From an uncultured Flavobacteriaceae bacterium (GTDB lineage Bacteria; Bacteroidota; Bacteroidia; Flavobacteriales; Flavobacteriaceae), in NCBI GenBank assembly GCA_963700435.1, contig CAVOXM010000006.1, positions 224,683-288,682 on the forward strand: a stretch of 64,000 bases of DNA, read 5' to 3'. Both the position numbers and the translations under genes were made by a program. Positions 32,656-42,506 of the stretch are shown here, one piece after another. Positions within the stretch are counted from its first letter, which is position 1. The number at the start of each line of letters is the position of its first letter. The notes beneath the pieces are model-generated. The model saw nothing but the letters and a program-made list of their open reading frames with translations. It was not told the DNA's origin and searched no databases.

Positions 32656-32761
32656 AGGTCAAATAATGATCGAATGCTACCTAATGGCCTGCATTCAAGG
32701 GGTTTATCCCATTAAAGATAAGGGCATTCGAACTTATTTCCTATCAATACGGGAGAATTAT

Positions 32762-33808
32762 TTATGCCCATTTAACATAGGTCCAATTCAACAGAAAGTG
32801 ACCTGCCACGATGATCATTGCAGTTTGGGGGTTGACCAACAAAGCCAGGCAAAAGCCTAGGATCAGGTAATAAACAGGTACCGCCAAAAGGGCATAGCCA
32901 AAACGAAAAGTGGCCATGAACTCGGGTTCCCAAACCTTACGCTTTAACCAAAACTTCCAGCCCAGCACTACCGGCAGGTTCAACAGGCAGAACAGGGCGA
33001 AGAACAAGCGGGCCGGTATTTTTTTTTGCCTTTTTTTTTGTTGGATTGGCTCAGGTTTCCCTGCCACAAGGCGCGTAAAAGCGGTATTTACTTCCTTGGG
33101 ATTCAAATAATCCACCCCCCTTGCATCCAGTTGTACGACCCAATGGTCGTATTCGCCCAAATCCTCAATGTGGGTGGTCAGTGCCATAAGCTTGCCCTTA
33201 ACGGCCTTTTTTACACGCTGGGTAGTAGTGGGAAGGTCATCGTCATCGAATAATTTCCGTAGCGAAAGGGCATCCCCGTAATGAACCGCCACCTGATCTG
33301 GGAATTCGGTGGCCCGTTTATAGTTGAACCCGACCGGAAGCATATATAGTTCCAGGTCAGGAGATAGGTTTTGAGCCATGAACAAAATGCGAATAAAGCC
33401 GTTGCTCAAAGGGCGAACCCTTCTTTTTAGGTTATGGTTGGCTTCCGGAAAAATAACGATTGCCTCCCCTTGGGCGAGCAATCGGGCACACCGTGCGAAT
33501 ATTACCTCGTTTTGCCGAATGGTGTCCCTGCCATCCCGAATACGATAAACGGGCATCATTTGTAAATAACTGAAAAATCGGTTGAGCCATGGATTGGTGA
33601 AGACATCGGAACGCGTTAAAAAATAGGGTCTCCTATCGCAACTGACCGCAATGAGCAATACGTCGAGGAGGGCATTTTGGTGATTGGGCAAAAAAAGGAC
33701 GGGTCGGTCGGCAGGAATCTTTTCCTTGCCCTGTAGTTCGATCTTCCCATAATAGAAGTATAAACTGTACTTGATCCAAAACTTTAATATCCCGTAACCG
33801 ATCTTCAT
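32762..33808 (-). CDS. Lysophospholipid/glycerol acyltransferase family protein
   Basis: NHQNALLD (HxxxxD), IFPEA, and C-terminal transmembrane helices. Confidence 0.9.
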   Translation of the reverse strand: MKIGYGILKFWIKYSLYFYYGKIELQGKEKIPADRPVLFLPNHQNALLDVLLIAVSCDRRPYFLTRSDVFTNPWLNRFFSYLQMMPVYRIRDGRDTIRQNEVIFARCARLLAQGEAIVIFPEANHNLKRRVRPLSNGFIRILFMAQNLSPDLELYMLPVGFNYKRATEFPDQVAVHYGDALSLRKLFDDDDLPTTTQRVKKAVKGKLMALTTHIEDLGEYDHWVVQLDARGVDYLNPKEVNTAFTRLVAGKPEPIQQKKRQKKIPARLFFALFCLLNLPVVLGWKFWLKRKVWEPEFMATFRFGYALLAVPVYYLILGFCLALLVNPQTAMIIVAGHFLLNWTYVKWA

Positions 33809-34728
33809 CTGGCCAATTCTTCATTTTCAAAAGCGCGATAGCCCCATACGCCGGCCAACAGCAAACCTGAAACCAAATGCCAAATCCCCCAAAATGCCGC
33901 AACGAGTGCCATACCGCCCAAACCATCGAAAAAGGTAAAGATGAGCAAAAGACCCAGCCCAGAATTTTGGATTCCCGTTTCGATGGTGACCGATCTTACA
34001 TCCCTTTCGGGCAATCTGAATCCTTTGGCGATTGTAAATCCAGCCGACAAAGCCAAAAGGTTGTGCAGCACCACGATCCAAAACACATACCAAACATATT
34101 CCATGAAAATATCACGGTTGTTATAAAATGCCATAAAAATTAAGGATACAAAAAACATCAAGGAAACCATTTTGAGGAGTTTGCCCATTCTTCGGGCCTG
34201 TTTGGGCCAATAATGGTTCACTGTCATGCCCAAAATCAATGGAATCAGAAGCAGCAAAGAGACCACCTTCACCATTTGCAAGGGTGAGATGGCGATTTCC
34301 CTTAAAATGTCGGCCGATGGCCCATATAGCGACCCCCAAAATTGCAGGTTCAGGGGGGTAAAAACCACTGCGAACAAAGTCGCGAAAGCAGTAAGGCTTA
34401 TCGAAAGGGCGGTATTTCCCTTCGCCAAATGGGTCATAAAATTAGAAACATTTCCACCGGGACAAGCCGCAACCATGAACATTCCCAAAGCCATGCTCGC
34501 CATGGGCTGTATGGCAATCACCAAAACGAAGGTCAAGGCCGGCAGCAACACAAATTGACCAAAGATACCTACCAAAATCGACTTGGGTTTTTTGACTATG
34601 CCCTTGAAATCGTAAGGGGAAATATGCAAGGCGATACTGAACATCACCAGGGCCAGGGCAATATTCAATACCCATTGTGCCTCGGCATCAAAGTTGATAT
34701 GAACGATATCTAATAGATTTTCACTCAA
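33805..34728 (-). CDS. Bile acid:sodium symporter family transporter
   Basis: GQFVLLP, ACPGGNVSN, ETGIQNSG. Start approximate. Confidence 0.92.
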   Translation of the reverse strand: MSENLLDIVHINFDAEAQWVLNIALALVMFSIALHISPYDFKGIVKKPKSILVGIFGQFVLLPALTFVLVIAIQPMASMALGMFMVAACPGGNVSNFMTHLAKGNTALSISLTAFATLFAVVFTPLNLQFWGSLYGPSADILREIAISPLQMVKVVSLLLLIPLILGMTVNHYWPKQARRMGKLLKMVSLMFFVSLIFMAFYNNRDIFMEYVWYVFWIVVLHNLLALSAGFTIAKGFRLPERDVRSVTIETGIQNSGLGLLLIFTFFDGLGGMALVAAFWGIWHLVSGLLLAGVWGYRAFENEELAR

Positions 34729-34732
34729 TATT

Positions 34733-35071
34733 TCATGCGATTTTAAGTCCATTATCCACCCGTTCTTCCGGCAGGAGCAAAACAACGTCTTGGCCATCGA
34801 CCGCACCCAATATAAGACATTCACTCATAAAGTTTGCGATTTGTTTCTTTGGAAAATTAAGCACGGCCGCCACTTGTTTGCCCAACAACTGTGATTTGGC
34901 ATAACGCTTTGTCAGTTGCGCCGATGACTTTTTTATGCCTATGTCCGGTCCAAAATCGATCTTGATCTGATAGGACGCATTTAGGGCTTCGGGAAATTCA
35001 TTCACTTCAATGATGGTACCGACGCGGATATCCACTTTTTCAAAGTCGGCCCATTGGATGGTTTCCTTCAT
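34733..35071 (-). CDS. tRNA-binding protein / CsaA-like chaperone
   Basis: FEKVDIRVGTI, KSSAQLT, NFPKKQIANFMSECLILG. Confidence 0.9.
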   Translation of the reverse strand: MKETIQWADFEKVDIRVGTIIEVNEFPEALNASYQIKIDFGPDIGIKKSSAQLTKRYAKSQLLGKQVAAVLNFPKKQIANFMSECLILGAVDGQDVVLLLPEERVDNGLKIA

Positions 35072-35181
35072 TTCGATTCTATTTTAAGTAAGATTTTTTT
35101 GTCAAACTGCAGTTAAATATAGCGTTTATGGCAAAATAATTCCAAATACCTTTAACTTTATGGAAAGCAAAAAAGTGAAAA

Positions 35182-35742
35182 ATGGCGAGAACGGCCAGTA
35201 ATATGTTGCCTCTGGGCACAAAGGCGCCCGATTTTAGTTTAAAGGACACGGTCAGTGAAAAATTCTTGGGACTCACAGCCTTAAAGGGAAACAAGGGCAC
35301 CCTGATCATGTTCATTTGCAACCATTGCCCCTTTGTGATCCATGTGAACCCCATGATAAGCGCATTGGCCAAATTATATCAAGCCAAAGGAATAGCATTT
35401 GTGGCCATTTCAAGCAACGATATCGAAAACTACCCCCAAGACGCACCCCATCTGATGAAAATAAAGGCCAACGAAGCCGGTTATACGTTTCCCTATCTAT
35501 ATGATGCCACCCAAGCAGTGGCAAAAGCCTATCAAGCCGCATGTACCCCAGATTTCTATTTGTTCGATGGGCAGCTGGAATTGGTATATCGGGGACAACT
35601 CGATGCTTCCCGACCGGGCAATGGCATACCGCTTGATGGCCACGATCTGAGACAGGCCATGGACGCCCTATTGCAGGGAAGCCCGATCGATCCGGTTCAG
35701 AAACCCAGTATTGGCTGTAATATAAAGTGGAAAGCCCACTGA
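35182..35742 (+). CDS. Thioredoxin-like (AhpC/TSA) family protein
   Basis: FICNHCPFV, AACTPDF, PSIGCNIKW. Confidence 0.92.
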   Translation: MARTASNMLPLGTKAPDFSLKDTVSEKFLGLTALKGNKGTLIMFICNHCPFVIHVNPMISALAKLYQAKGIAFVAISSNDIENYPQDAPHLMKIKANEAGYTFPYLYDATQAVAKAYQAACTPDFYLFDGQLELVYRGQLDASRPGNGIPLDGHDLRQAMDALLQGSPIDPVQKPSIGCNIKWKAH

Positions 35743-35748
35743 ACGGCC

Positions 35749-36318
35749 ATGGCAATCGAAACTCCGCGGAACCCTAAAAAAGGCTCGATTTCAAATATCA
35801 GCATCAAACCTTTGGAGGTAAGCCTTTACCAAACCTATATCGAGGTCGGTGTGCTGGCCTATCGACAACATTACCTGCATTTATGGGAGGATCAAAATCC
35901 GGAGCCCTATATCAACATTTCATTTACCCTTGAAGTGCTCCGAAACGAAGCCCTGAACAGCGATACCAAATTATTCCTGATTTATAAGGACGCCTTGGCG
36001 ATCGGGATTTTAAAAATCAACCTTGATCATGCTGTGGACCAACATGCATCCAAGGAAGTGCTTTTATTGGACAAGATTTATATAATGAAAGCGTATTCGG
36101 GACAGGGCGTGGGGAAAAAGGTTTTGGATTTTGTAGAGAACCTGGCAAGGTCATCCAACAAAAAAATAATCACCTTGGATACCATGAAAAATGGCCCCGC
36201 ACTCGATTTTTACAAAAAAAACGGTTTTGAGATCTTAAAAGAAATACGGCTTGGATTTGCTACGATCAAGGACGACCAACGCGGCATGTATGTGATGTTC
36301 AAGAACCTAAGGCCATGA
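35749..36318 (+). CDS. GNAT family N-acetyltransferase
   Basis: LDKIYI, SGQGVGK, ALDFYKKNGF. Confidence 0.88.
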   Translation: MAIETPRNPKKGSISNISIKPLEVSLYQTYIEVGVLAYRQHYLHLWEDQNPEPYINISFTLEVLRNEALNSDTKLFLIYKDALAIGILKINLDHAVDQHASKEVLLLDKIYIMKAYSGQGVGKKVLDFVENLARSSNKKIITLDTMKNGPALDFYKKNGFEILKEIRLGFATIKDDQRGMYVMFKNLRP

Positions 36319-36321
36319 TGG

Positions 36322-36852
36322 TCACAGCCAGCCCTCCCTTTCCAGCAATCCCTTGATATGTGCGAGATGATGGTTTCCATGCCATGCATAGCGGCCCACA
36401 TTTTCCTCAAGGGACGTTTCCATTTGGCTATCCGGATGGATAAAAGTCCGCTTTAATTCGCTGGTCGAAAGGCCCTTCAGCAAATACACCAATTTATGGT
36501 GCACCGCCTTGAGATGGTCCAATGAGGGTTGAATCGGCGCAGTACGACTGTCAAAAAGGTTTGCCCAGGCCTTCTCATCGTAGGCCTTGATCACCGGACG
36601 ATCTTCGGTCATTGCCCATTTAAATCTGGTATAGCTGTTATGGTGGCTGTCGGCGATATGATGCACCAGCTGGCGCACCGTCCATCCTCCTGGTCGGTAA
36701 GGGGTGCCCAACTGTATATCATCAAGTGGTTGTACCAGCGGTTGCAGGCGCTGCGGAAGGGTTTCCAAGGCCAGAATCCATTCCCTGATCTGGGCGCCAT
36801 CGATTTGGGACGGCCGTACGAATTTTCCGATTGGGTATTGCAGTTCTTCCAT
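36322..36852 (-). CDS. YfiT-family (DinB superfamily) bacillithiol S-transferase-like protein
   Basis: LQYPIG, TPYRPGGWTVRQLVHHIADSH, YAWHGNHHLAHI. Confidence 0.92.
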   Translation of the reverse strand: MEELQYPIGKFVRPSQIDGAQIREWILALETLPQRLQPLVQPLDDIQLGTPYRPGGWTVRQLVHHIADSHHNSYTRFKWAMTEDRPVIKAYDEKAWANLFDSRTAPIQPSLDHLKAVHHKLVYLLKGLSTSELKRTFIHPDSQMETSLEENVGRYAWHGNHHLAHIKGLLEREGWL

Positions 36853-36997
36853 AAAAGTCATCATTATTAATTCGGAATAAAGTTAACCCTCTTTTAAGGA
36901 TACTTTCGACCAAAACTTAAATCAAGGTCTGTTTTCCCGGAGAAGGCCTTAAAATTTAATACTTTTTTAACCCTAAAAATATTCGAGTATGATTTAA

Positions 36998-37014
36998 TCT
37001 ACTAAATTTGTAGA
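36998..37014 (+). promoter_or_regulatory. Palindrome overlapping the -7 promoter element of the peroxiredoxin gene
   Basis: TCTAC-TAAATTT-GTAGA contains TAAATTTG (37003-37010). Confidence 0.5.
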
Positions 37015-37044
37015 GTAATAATATTTAATTAAAACTCTATAAAA

Positions 37045-37683
37045 ATGGCTACGATACGTTTGGGAGATACCGCTCCTAATTTTACAGCGAACAGTTCAAT
37101 GGGAACCATTAATTTTTATGATTATTTGGGAGACGACTGGGGGATTCTATTTTCCCATCCTGCCGATTTTACCCCGGTTTGTACGACGGAGTTGGGTACG
37201 GCTGCCAAATTCAAAGGGGAATTCGACAAAAGGAACGTTAAAATGTTGGCATTAAGTGTTGATGGATCAACCTCCCATGCGGCTTGGATCAAGGATATCA
37301 ACGAGGTTCAACATACCACGGTGAATTTCCCGATCATTGCGGATGAAGACAGAAAGGTCTCCGATCTTTACGATATGATACATCCGAAGGCAAACGACAC
37401 CCTAACCGTACGATCGGTGTTCATCGTCGCTCCCGATAAAACGGTAAAACTCATACTCACCTATCCCGCCTCCACGGGTCGCAATTTTTATGAGCTGCTC
37501 CGTGTCATCGATTCCTTGCAGCTAACCGCCTACCATAAGGTGGCCACCCCCGCCAATTGGGAGCACGGCCAGGATGTGGTTGTCAGTCCATCGATCTCTA
37601 CATCGGAAGCCAGGAAAATATTTACCAAAGGGGTGGAGGAAATAAAACCTTATTTGAGAATGACACCTGATCCGACGGTCTGA
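37045..37683 (+). CDS. 1-Cys peroxiredoxin (Prx6)
   Basis: FSHPADFTPVCTTE, YPASTGRNF, ATPANW. Confidence 0.95.
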   Translation: MATIRLGDTAPNFTANSSMGTINFYDYLGDDWGILFSHPADFTPVCTTELGTAAKFKGEFDKRNVKMLALSVDGSTSHAAWIKDINEVQHTTVNFPIIADEDRKVSDLYDMIHPKANDTLTVRSVFIVAPDKTVKLILTYPASTGRNFYELLRVIDSLQLTAYHKVATPANWEHGQDVVVSPSISTSEARKIFTKGVEEIKPYLRMTPDPTV

Positions 37684-37857
37684 TACATCGGTTTAAAAGC
37701 AATTTTACCGATAATGATTTACATCGATCGGCGCGGTTTATTTATGAAGAATAGCCCGTTGCCGTTGAAGCAAAAAGAAATATATCGGGCAAAACAGCAT
37801 GCGTTTAAAAAATTTAACACTATCTTCGCAACTTAATTAATATTTAATTTTTTTATT

Positions 37858-38052
37858 ATGAGTAAAGGAACAGTAAAATTCTTCAATGATTCTAAAGGGT
37901 ACGGCTTTATCACTGAAGATGGTTCAAGCGAAGATCACTTTGTACACATTTCCGGTTTAATCGACGAAATTCGTGAAGGTGACGTTGTAGAATTTGAACT
38001 ACAACAAGGTAAAAAAGGACTAAACGCGGTAAATGTGAAAGTTATAGACTAG
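37858..38052 (+). CDS. Cold-shock protein
   Basis: GTVKFFN..KGYGFI (RNP1) and FVHIS (RNP2). Confidence 0.96.
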   Translation: MSKGTVKFFNDSKGYGFITEDGSSEDHFVHISGLIDEIREGDVVEFELQQGKKGLNAVNVKVID

Positions 38053-38077
38053 GAACGCATAAACTTTTTTAATACAG

Positions 38078-38105
38078 AGCCTCGACATTTGTCGGGGCTT
38101 TTTTA
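38078..38105 (+). terminator. Terminator of the cold-shock gene
   Basis: agcctcgaca-tt-tgtcggggct followed by a T-tract. Confidence 0.85.
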
Positions 38106-38327
38106 TGTTGAATCCATACTTTTATTCAAAAGATCAAAACTTTGTTGTAATTTATACGCAACCATCGTTCTTTTGGGCATCTTTTAAAAAAATCATTTGC
38201 CTCCCCCTGCACAAGATGCAAATAAAAGTGTCTTGACCAGTTTATATTTTTTATTTCCCCTACGCATCACGCTTATCGATTGAGTCGTCTTTGTTGCCAT
38301 TAATCATCTTAAAAAATCAGTACAGGA

Positions 38328-38414
38328 ATGATTACATTTTTTGCTATCATGTCAGCCTTGGTATTCGTCAATGTCATGTTACTGCTTATCAGTACCGGAG
38401 ACAAAAAGAAATGA
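38328..38414 (+). CDS. Small membrane peptide A (28 aa) MITFFAIMSALVFVNVMLLLISTGDKKK
   Basis: Hand translation; aligns without gaps to three other peptides in the window. Confidence 0.7.
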   Translation: MITFFAIMSALVFVNVMLLLISTGDKKK

Positions 38415-38643
38415 AGTACCAATAAAATAATTGCCCCCTTTTTAAAGTTGGTCAGCCACAAACTTCCTTTTATGGCTTTTTTTGATCGGTTTCAATCTAA
38501 AATAGTCAGCAACTGATAGGTCATGCCCCTTAGCGGGTTTTCCTTGCATTTTCCTCAACAATTTGGTCACTTTTATAATATAAATGGATTTTTTTCGTTA
38601 GCAACAAGATGATTTTCAATCCCAATCCTGTAGCCAAGAATCC

Positions 38644-38733
38644 ATGAGTATGTTTCTTTGCATTTTAACTTTTCTGATCTTCCTTAATGTTTTATTGCTG
38701 CGATATAGCGCAGTGGATGTCGATACGCTTTAG
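38644..38733 (+). CDS. Small membrane peptide B (29 aa) MSMFLCILTFLIFLNVLLLRYSAVDVDTL
   Basis: Hand translation; shares F4/L11/N15/S22. Confidence 0.65.
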   Translation: MSMFLCILTFLIFLNVLLLRYSAVDVDTL

Positions 38734-38811
38734 CCATACCCGGAGGTAGGGTTTTTCGCCAACAGGTTGTTTTAGATTAAAGGGCATATGGCCCAAAAAA
38801 ACAATTCCTAT

Positions 38812-38916
38812 ATGATTTCTTTTTTCGGTGTGCTGTTGGGCTTGGTTTTGATCAATACGATATTGCTCTTCTTGAGTCTTGATGGCCTTGGTAAATCGTC
38901 CAAGGATAAAGCATAA
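38812..38916 (+). CDS. Small membrane peptide C (34 aa) MISFFGVLLGLVLINTILLFLSLDGLGKSSKDKA
   Basis: Hand translation; shares F4/L11/N15/S22. An in-frame upstream ATG exists at 38788. Confidence 0.7.
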   Translation: MISFFGVLLGLVLINTILLFLSLDGLGKSSKDKA

Positions 38917-38940
38917 ATGGCGTACTCGGCAGACCGTAAC

Positions 38941-38972
38941 AAAAAAAACACCTTCGTCGAAGGTGCTTATTT
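38941..38972. terminator. Bidirectional terminator between the peptide cluster and the PPIase gene
   Basis: A-tract + caccttcg-t-cgaaggtg + T-rich tail. Confidence 0.75.
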
Positions 38973-39018
38973 AAAGAACGTTTCGCTCAACATATTTTGA
39001 AATTCCCAGCGATCAACA

Positions 39019-39944
39019 TCAATTGATGCCCATCAATTCGACATCGAAGATCAGGATAGCATTCGGAGGAATGACACCGCCGGCCCCTGCACTTCCGTAA
39101 GCAAGATCGGAAGGTATCACAAACCTCGCCTTATCCCCTACTTTTAAGAGTCCGATTCCTTCATCCCAACCTGGAATGACCTGACCTACGCCCAATTGAA
39201 AATCGATCGGTTGCTTTCTTTTATAGGACGAATCAAAAACCTGCCCCGACAGCAGAGATCCTTCGTAGTGAACCGAAACCTCTTGTCCTTTTTCGGCCTT
39301 GGCACCATTTCCTTTTTGTATGATTTTATATCTAAGGCCGCTAGGGGTTTCATCGAAACCGGCGCCACCTTGTTCAATTCTTCTTTTTGTTTTTCACTTT
39401 CTGTCGCGATTCTTTTGGCCTTCGTACTTTCAAAGTCCCAAAGGCATCGAGTGCATCCCAATCCTTGCGGCTGACCGACCTTTAAATTTCAAGGCTCCAC
39501 CACATCGTCTTGGGCAATGGCATCAACGACTTCCTGGCCTTCCACCACTTGCCCGAAAACGGTATGTTTATTGTCTAGCCAAGGGGTGGCCACATGGGTG
39601 ATGAAAAACTGGCTTCCATTGGTCCCGGGACCGGCATTGGCCATGGATAGCACCCCGGGCCCGCTATGTTTTAGGTCTGGATGAAATTCGTCATCAAATT
39701 TATATCCTGGGTCTCCGGTACCGGTTCCCTTGGGACACCCCCCTGAATCATGAAATCGGGAATAACGCGATGGAATTTTAATCCGTCGTAGTAGGGCGTT
39801 CCTTCCGGTTTCACCGGAATTTTTCTTTAAGCCTTCGGCCAAAGCCACAAAATTTCCCACCGTTCCGGGGGTTTTGTCATGGGTGAGCTTCACCAATATT
39901 TCTCCTTTTGTCGTATTGAATTTCGCGTAGATTCCGTCTTTCAT
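39019..39944 (-). CDS. Peptidyl-prolyl isomerase, cyclophilin-FKBP fusion (several frameshifts)
   Basis: Cyclophilin motifs [14 protein letters not shown] and [19 protein letters not shown]; FKBP motifs [10 protein letters not shown] and [15 protein letters not shown] in shifted frames. Confidence 0.9.
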
Positions 39945-40044
39945 TTCGCTCGTTTTTGATGAGCGGCAAAAATACTGGAATAGTTTGGAGTATGAAAGTC
40001 GATGCATGGAAAGTTTGGCCATTCCTTGGGCAATTGACATGGGC

Positions 40045-41438
40045 TTTAGGCACTCTTCCGCAGTCACACCATATTTATCGAAGAGGTACACCAACGAGGC
40101 CATGGCTCCTGCACCCAATTGCAAGTTCGCGTTGGTTCACAGATTCAAAAGTATCGTTTTCGGCATGATGATGGTCAAAATATCGTTGGGAATCGGGTCG
40201 TAGTCCGGCCAGTACGATGCCATTGGTCTTTAACGGACCAATATCGGCGCCTCCTCCTCTACCATTGGTGAATTCATGTATCAGATAGGGATCAAAAAAC
40301 GGTTTCCACTCCTATTCTCTTAAAATTGTCGGTCGAACAATCGAAGGTAAAACCTCTCGGCGTAAAACCCCCGGAGTCGCTTTCGAGCGCAAAAACATGT
40401 TTTTCATTGTTTTGCCTGGCCATTTCGGCATACTGCTTGCCCCCCTTCAATCCGTTCTCCTCGTTCATAAAGAGTACCACCCGATGGTCCGCAACGGTTT
40501 ATAGTCCCAATTTTTTGAATAAACGAAGTACTTCCATGGCCTGTACACAACCGGCGCCGTCATCATGCGATCCATCGCCCAGATCCCAAGAATCGAGGTG
40601 TCCGCCGATGACCATTATTTCGTTGGGATAAGTGCTTCCCTTGAGTTCCCCGATCACATTGAAGGAATCCACTTCGCCAAAATCCTTGCAGTTCTGTTTA
40701 AAATAAACTTTGGTATCCGGATTCAACTTTAAGGTGGTGCTGAGCATATTGGCTGCCCGGGTACTGATTGCAGCGGCCGGAATTCTCTGGTCTATGGGAA
40801 GGTCGCCGTAGTTCAAGGAACCCGTATGCGGAAAGTCATCGAGCCTGAGGTTCATCGACCTGACTATTACCCCCAATGCACCGAATTTGGCAGCTTCCGA
40901 AGCCCCGGAAGAACGTTGGTCCACCGCTCCGGCGTAAGCTTCGAAAGTATTGATCTTGGTAGGGTCCATTGGCCTGTTGAAAAACACGATCTTGCCCTCG
41001 ATTTTTTCCCTGCCGAATTCTTTTAACTGTTCTGATTCCCTGTACTTCGATCACATTGGCCTTAATGCCGCCCAAAGGCGTCGCGACCGATCCGCCCAAG
41101 GCACAGATGGCCAGGTTGGTGGTGATGCCCGGACTCGTTTCCATGTAAGCAAACTCAGGCGCCCCGCGCACCCATTTGGGTACTTTGACAGGTTGCAGCC
41201 ATACCCGATCCAAATTGAGGGAGTCGAGCCGCGATTTGGTATAATCGATGGCCAGTTGGGCCTCGACCGATCCTGAAAGCCTGCCCCCGATTTGATTGGA
41301 GAGATAATTGAGCCAGTCGTAGGCTTTGCCTTCCCTTAGGGAAGCATCATAAATTGCCCTGATCTGTTTTTCGTCATCGACCTGTCCATAACATTGTCCA
41401 ATGATCGACAACACCAGCAACACCATCATTTTCTTCAT
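40045..41438 (-). CDS. M28 family exported peptidase (carboxypeptidase Q-like); frameshifted, 3' end approximate
   Basis: IGGRLSGS, GGHLDSWD, HDDGAGC, NEENGL, ESDSG, GADIGPL and DSQRYFDHHH across frames. Confidence 0.88.
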
Positions 41439-42319
41439 ACTTTTCCTTTTTCCAACTGCTCTTTATAATATTCCAGATTGGCTTTTACCTTGTCGCTCAA
41501 TTCAGGCTCCTTGATATCTTTGAATTTCGTCAATTCCTGCAAAAGGATTGATGCCACGATCAATCGCGAGGCGGTTTTATTATCGGCAGGGATCACGAAC
41601 CAAGGTGCCTGCCGGGTTGAAGTGCGATTGATGGCCTCTTCATAGTATTTTTGATAAGAATCCCACAGTTCGCGTTCTTCGAGGTCATCGGGCGAAAACT
41701 TCCAGTTCTTAACCCTTTTCTCAAGCCTTCTTAGCAAGCGTTTACGTTGTTCTTCCCTAGACAGGTGCAGAAAGAACTTAAAGATCAATGTACCGTGTTC
41801 GGCAAGGTGCTGTTCGAAATTGATGATCTGCTCGAAACGCTTGTCCCAAAACTTCTGGTCGATGTCGCTCACCTCATTTATTCCAGGGATATTCTCTGCC
41901 ATGATATATTGGGGATGCACCCGCGTAACCAGTACGTTTTCATAATGGGTGCGATTGAATACTCCGAATTTGCCTTTGGCGGGCAGCGCGATGTAATGCC
42001 TCCAGAGATAGTTGTGTTTCAATTCGAGATCCGTGGGCACTTTAAAACTGGTAACCTCTACGCCACTGATGTTGAAATCCTTGAACACTTCCTTGATGAG
42101 GCTATCTTTCCCAGCGGAATCCATCCCCTGCAGGCATATCAGTACGCTATATTTCCCATGGGCATATAGGACATCCTGAAATTCACCCAAGACCACCCTT
42201 GTTTTTACAAGTTCCTTTTCGAGTTTTTTATCCGACAAGCCAAAGTCTTCATAGGTTGGACGGTCGATCAGTTTTTTAACGTCGGCCACCCGGTACTTGG
42301 TGATATCCACTTTATCCAT
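41435..42319 (-). CDS. ppk2: Polyphosphate kinase 2 family (class III-like)
   Basis: LQGMDSAGKD, FNRTHYENVL, KFFLHLS, WKFSPDD, PWFVIPAD. Confidence 0.93.
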   Translation of the reverse strand: MDKVDITKYRVADVKKLIDRPTYEDFGLSDKKLEKELVKTRVVLGEFQDVLYAHGKYSVLICLQGMDSAGKDSLIKEVFKDFNISGVEVTSFKVPTDLELKHNYLWRHYIALPAKGKFGVFNRTHYENVLVTRVHPQYIMAENIPGINEVSDIDQKFWDKRFEQIINFEQHLAEHGTLIFKFFLHLSREEQRKRLLRRLEKRVKNWKFSPDDLEERELWDSYQKYYEEAINRTSTRQAPWFVIPADNKTASRLIVASILLQELTKFKDIKEPELSDKVKANLEYYKEQLEKGKV

Positions 42320-42506
42320 GGGGGGAATATAAAATATTTTATCGTTTAACGGTACAAATTGTTAAAAAAAAAGGTCGTTCGCCAATGGAATCTTTCGGTT
42401 TATCCAATTTATCCCAGTAGGGCTACCATGTATCGAAAAAACAAGGCATTCGATGCATCGGTTGCGTAACTTTGAACTGTAAAATCCCAAATTTTACCCC
42501 TTTATT

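Noticed and set aside
38216-38283. Short ORF upstream of peptide A
   Set aside because: It lacks the F4/L11/N15/S22 pattern and a full hydrophobic helix, so there is no support.
38100-38940. Antisense antitoxin promoters for a type I toxin-antitoxin reading of the peptide array
   Set aside because: I found no minus-strand TAnnTTTG element and no repeated flanking RNA structure, so the toxin-antitoxin model is unsupported from sequence alone.
39489-40124. Apparent peptidase-cyclophilin fusion ORF (211 aa)
   Set aside because: It joins the M28 C-terminus to the PPIase start in an indel-rich block and is most likely an artefact.
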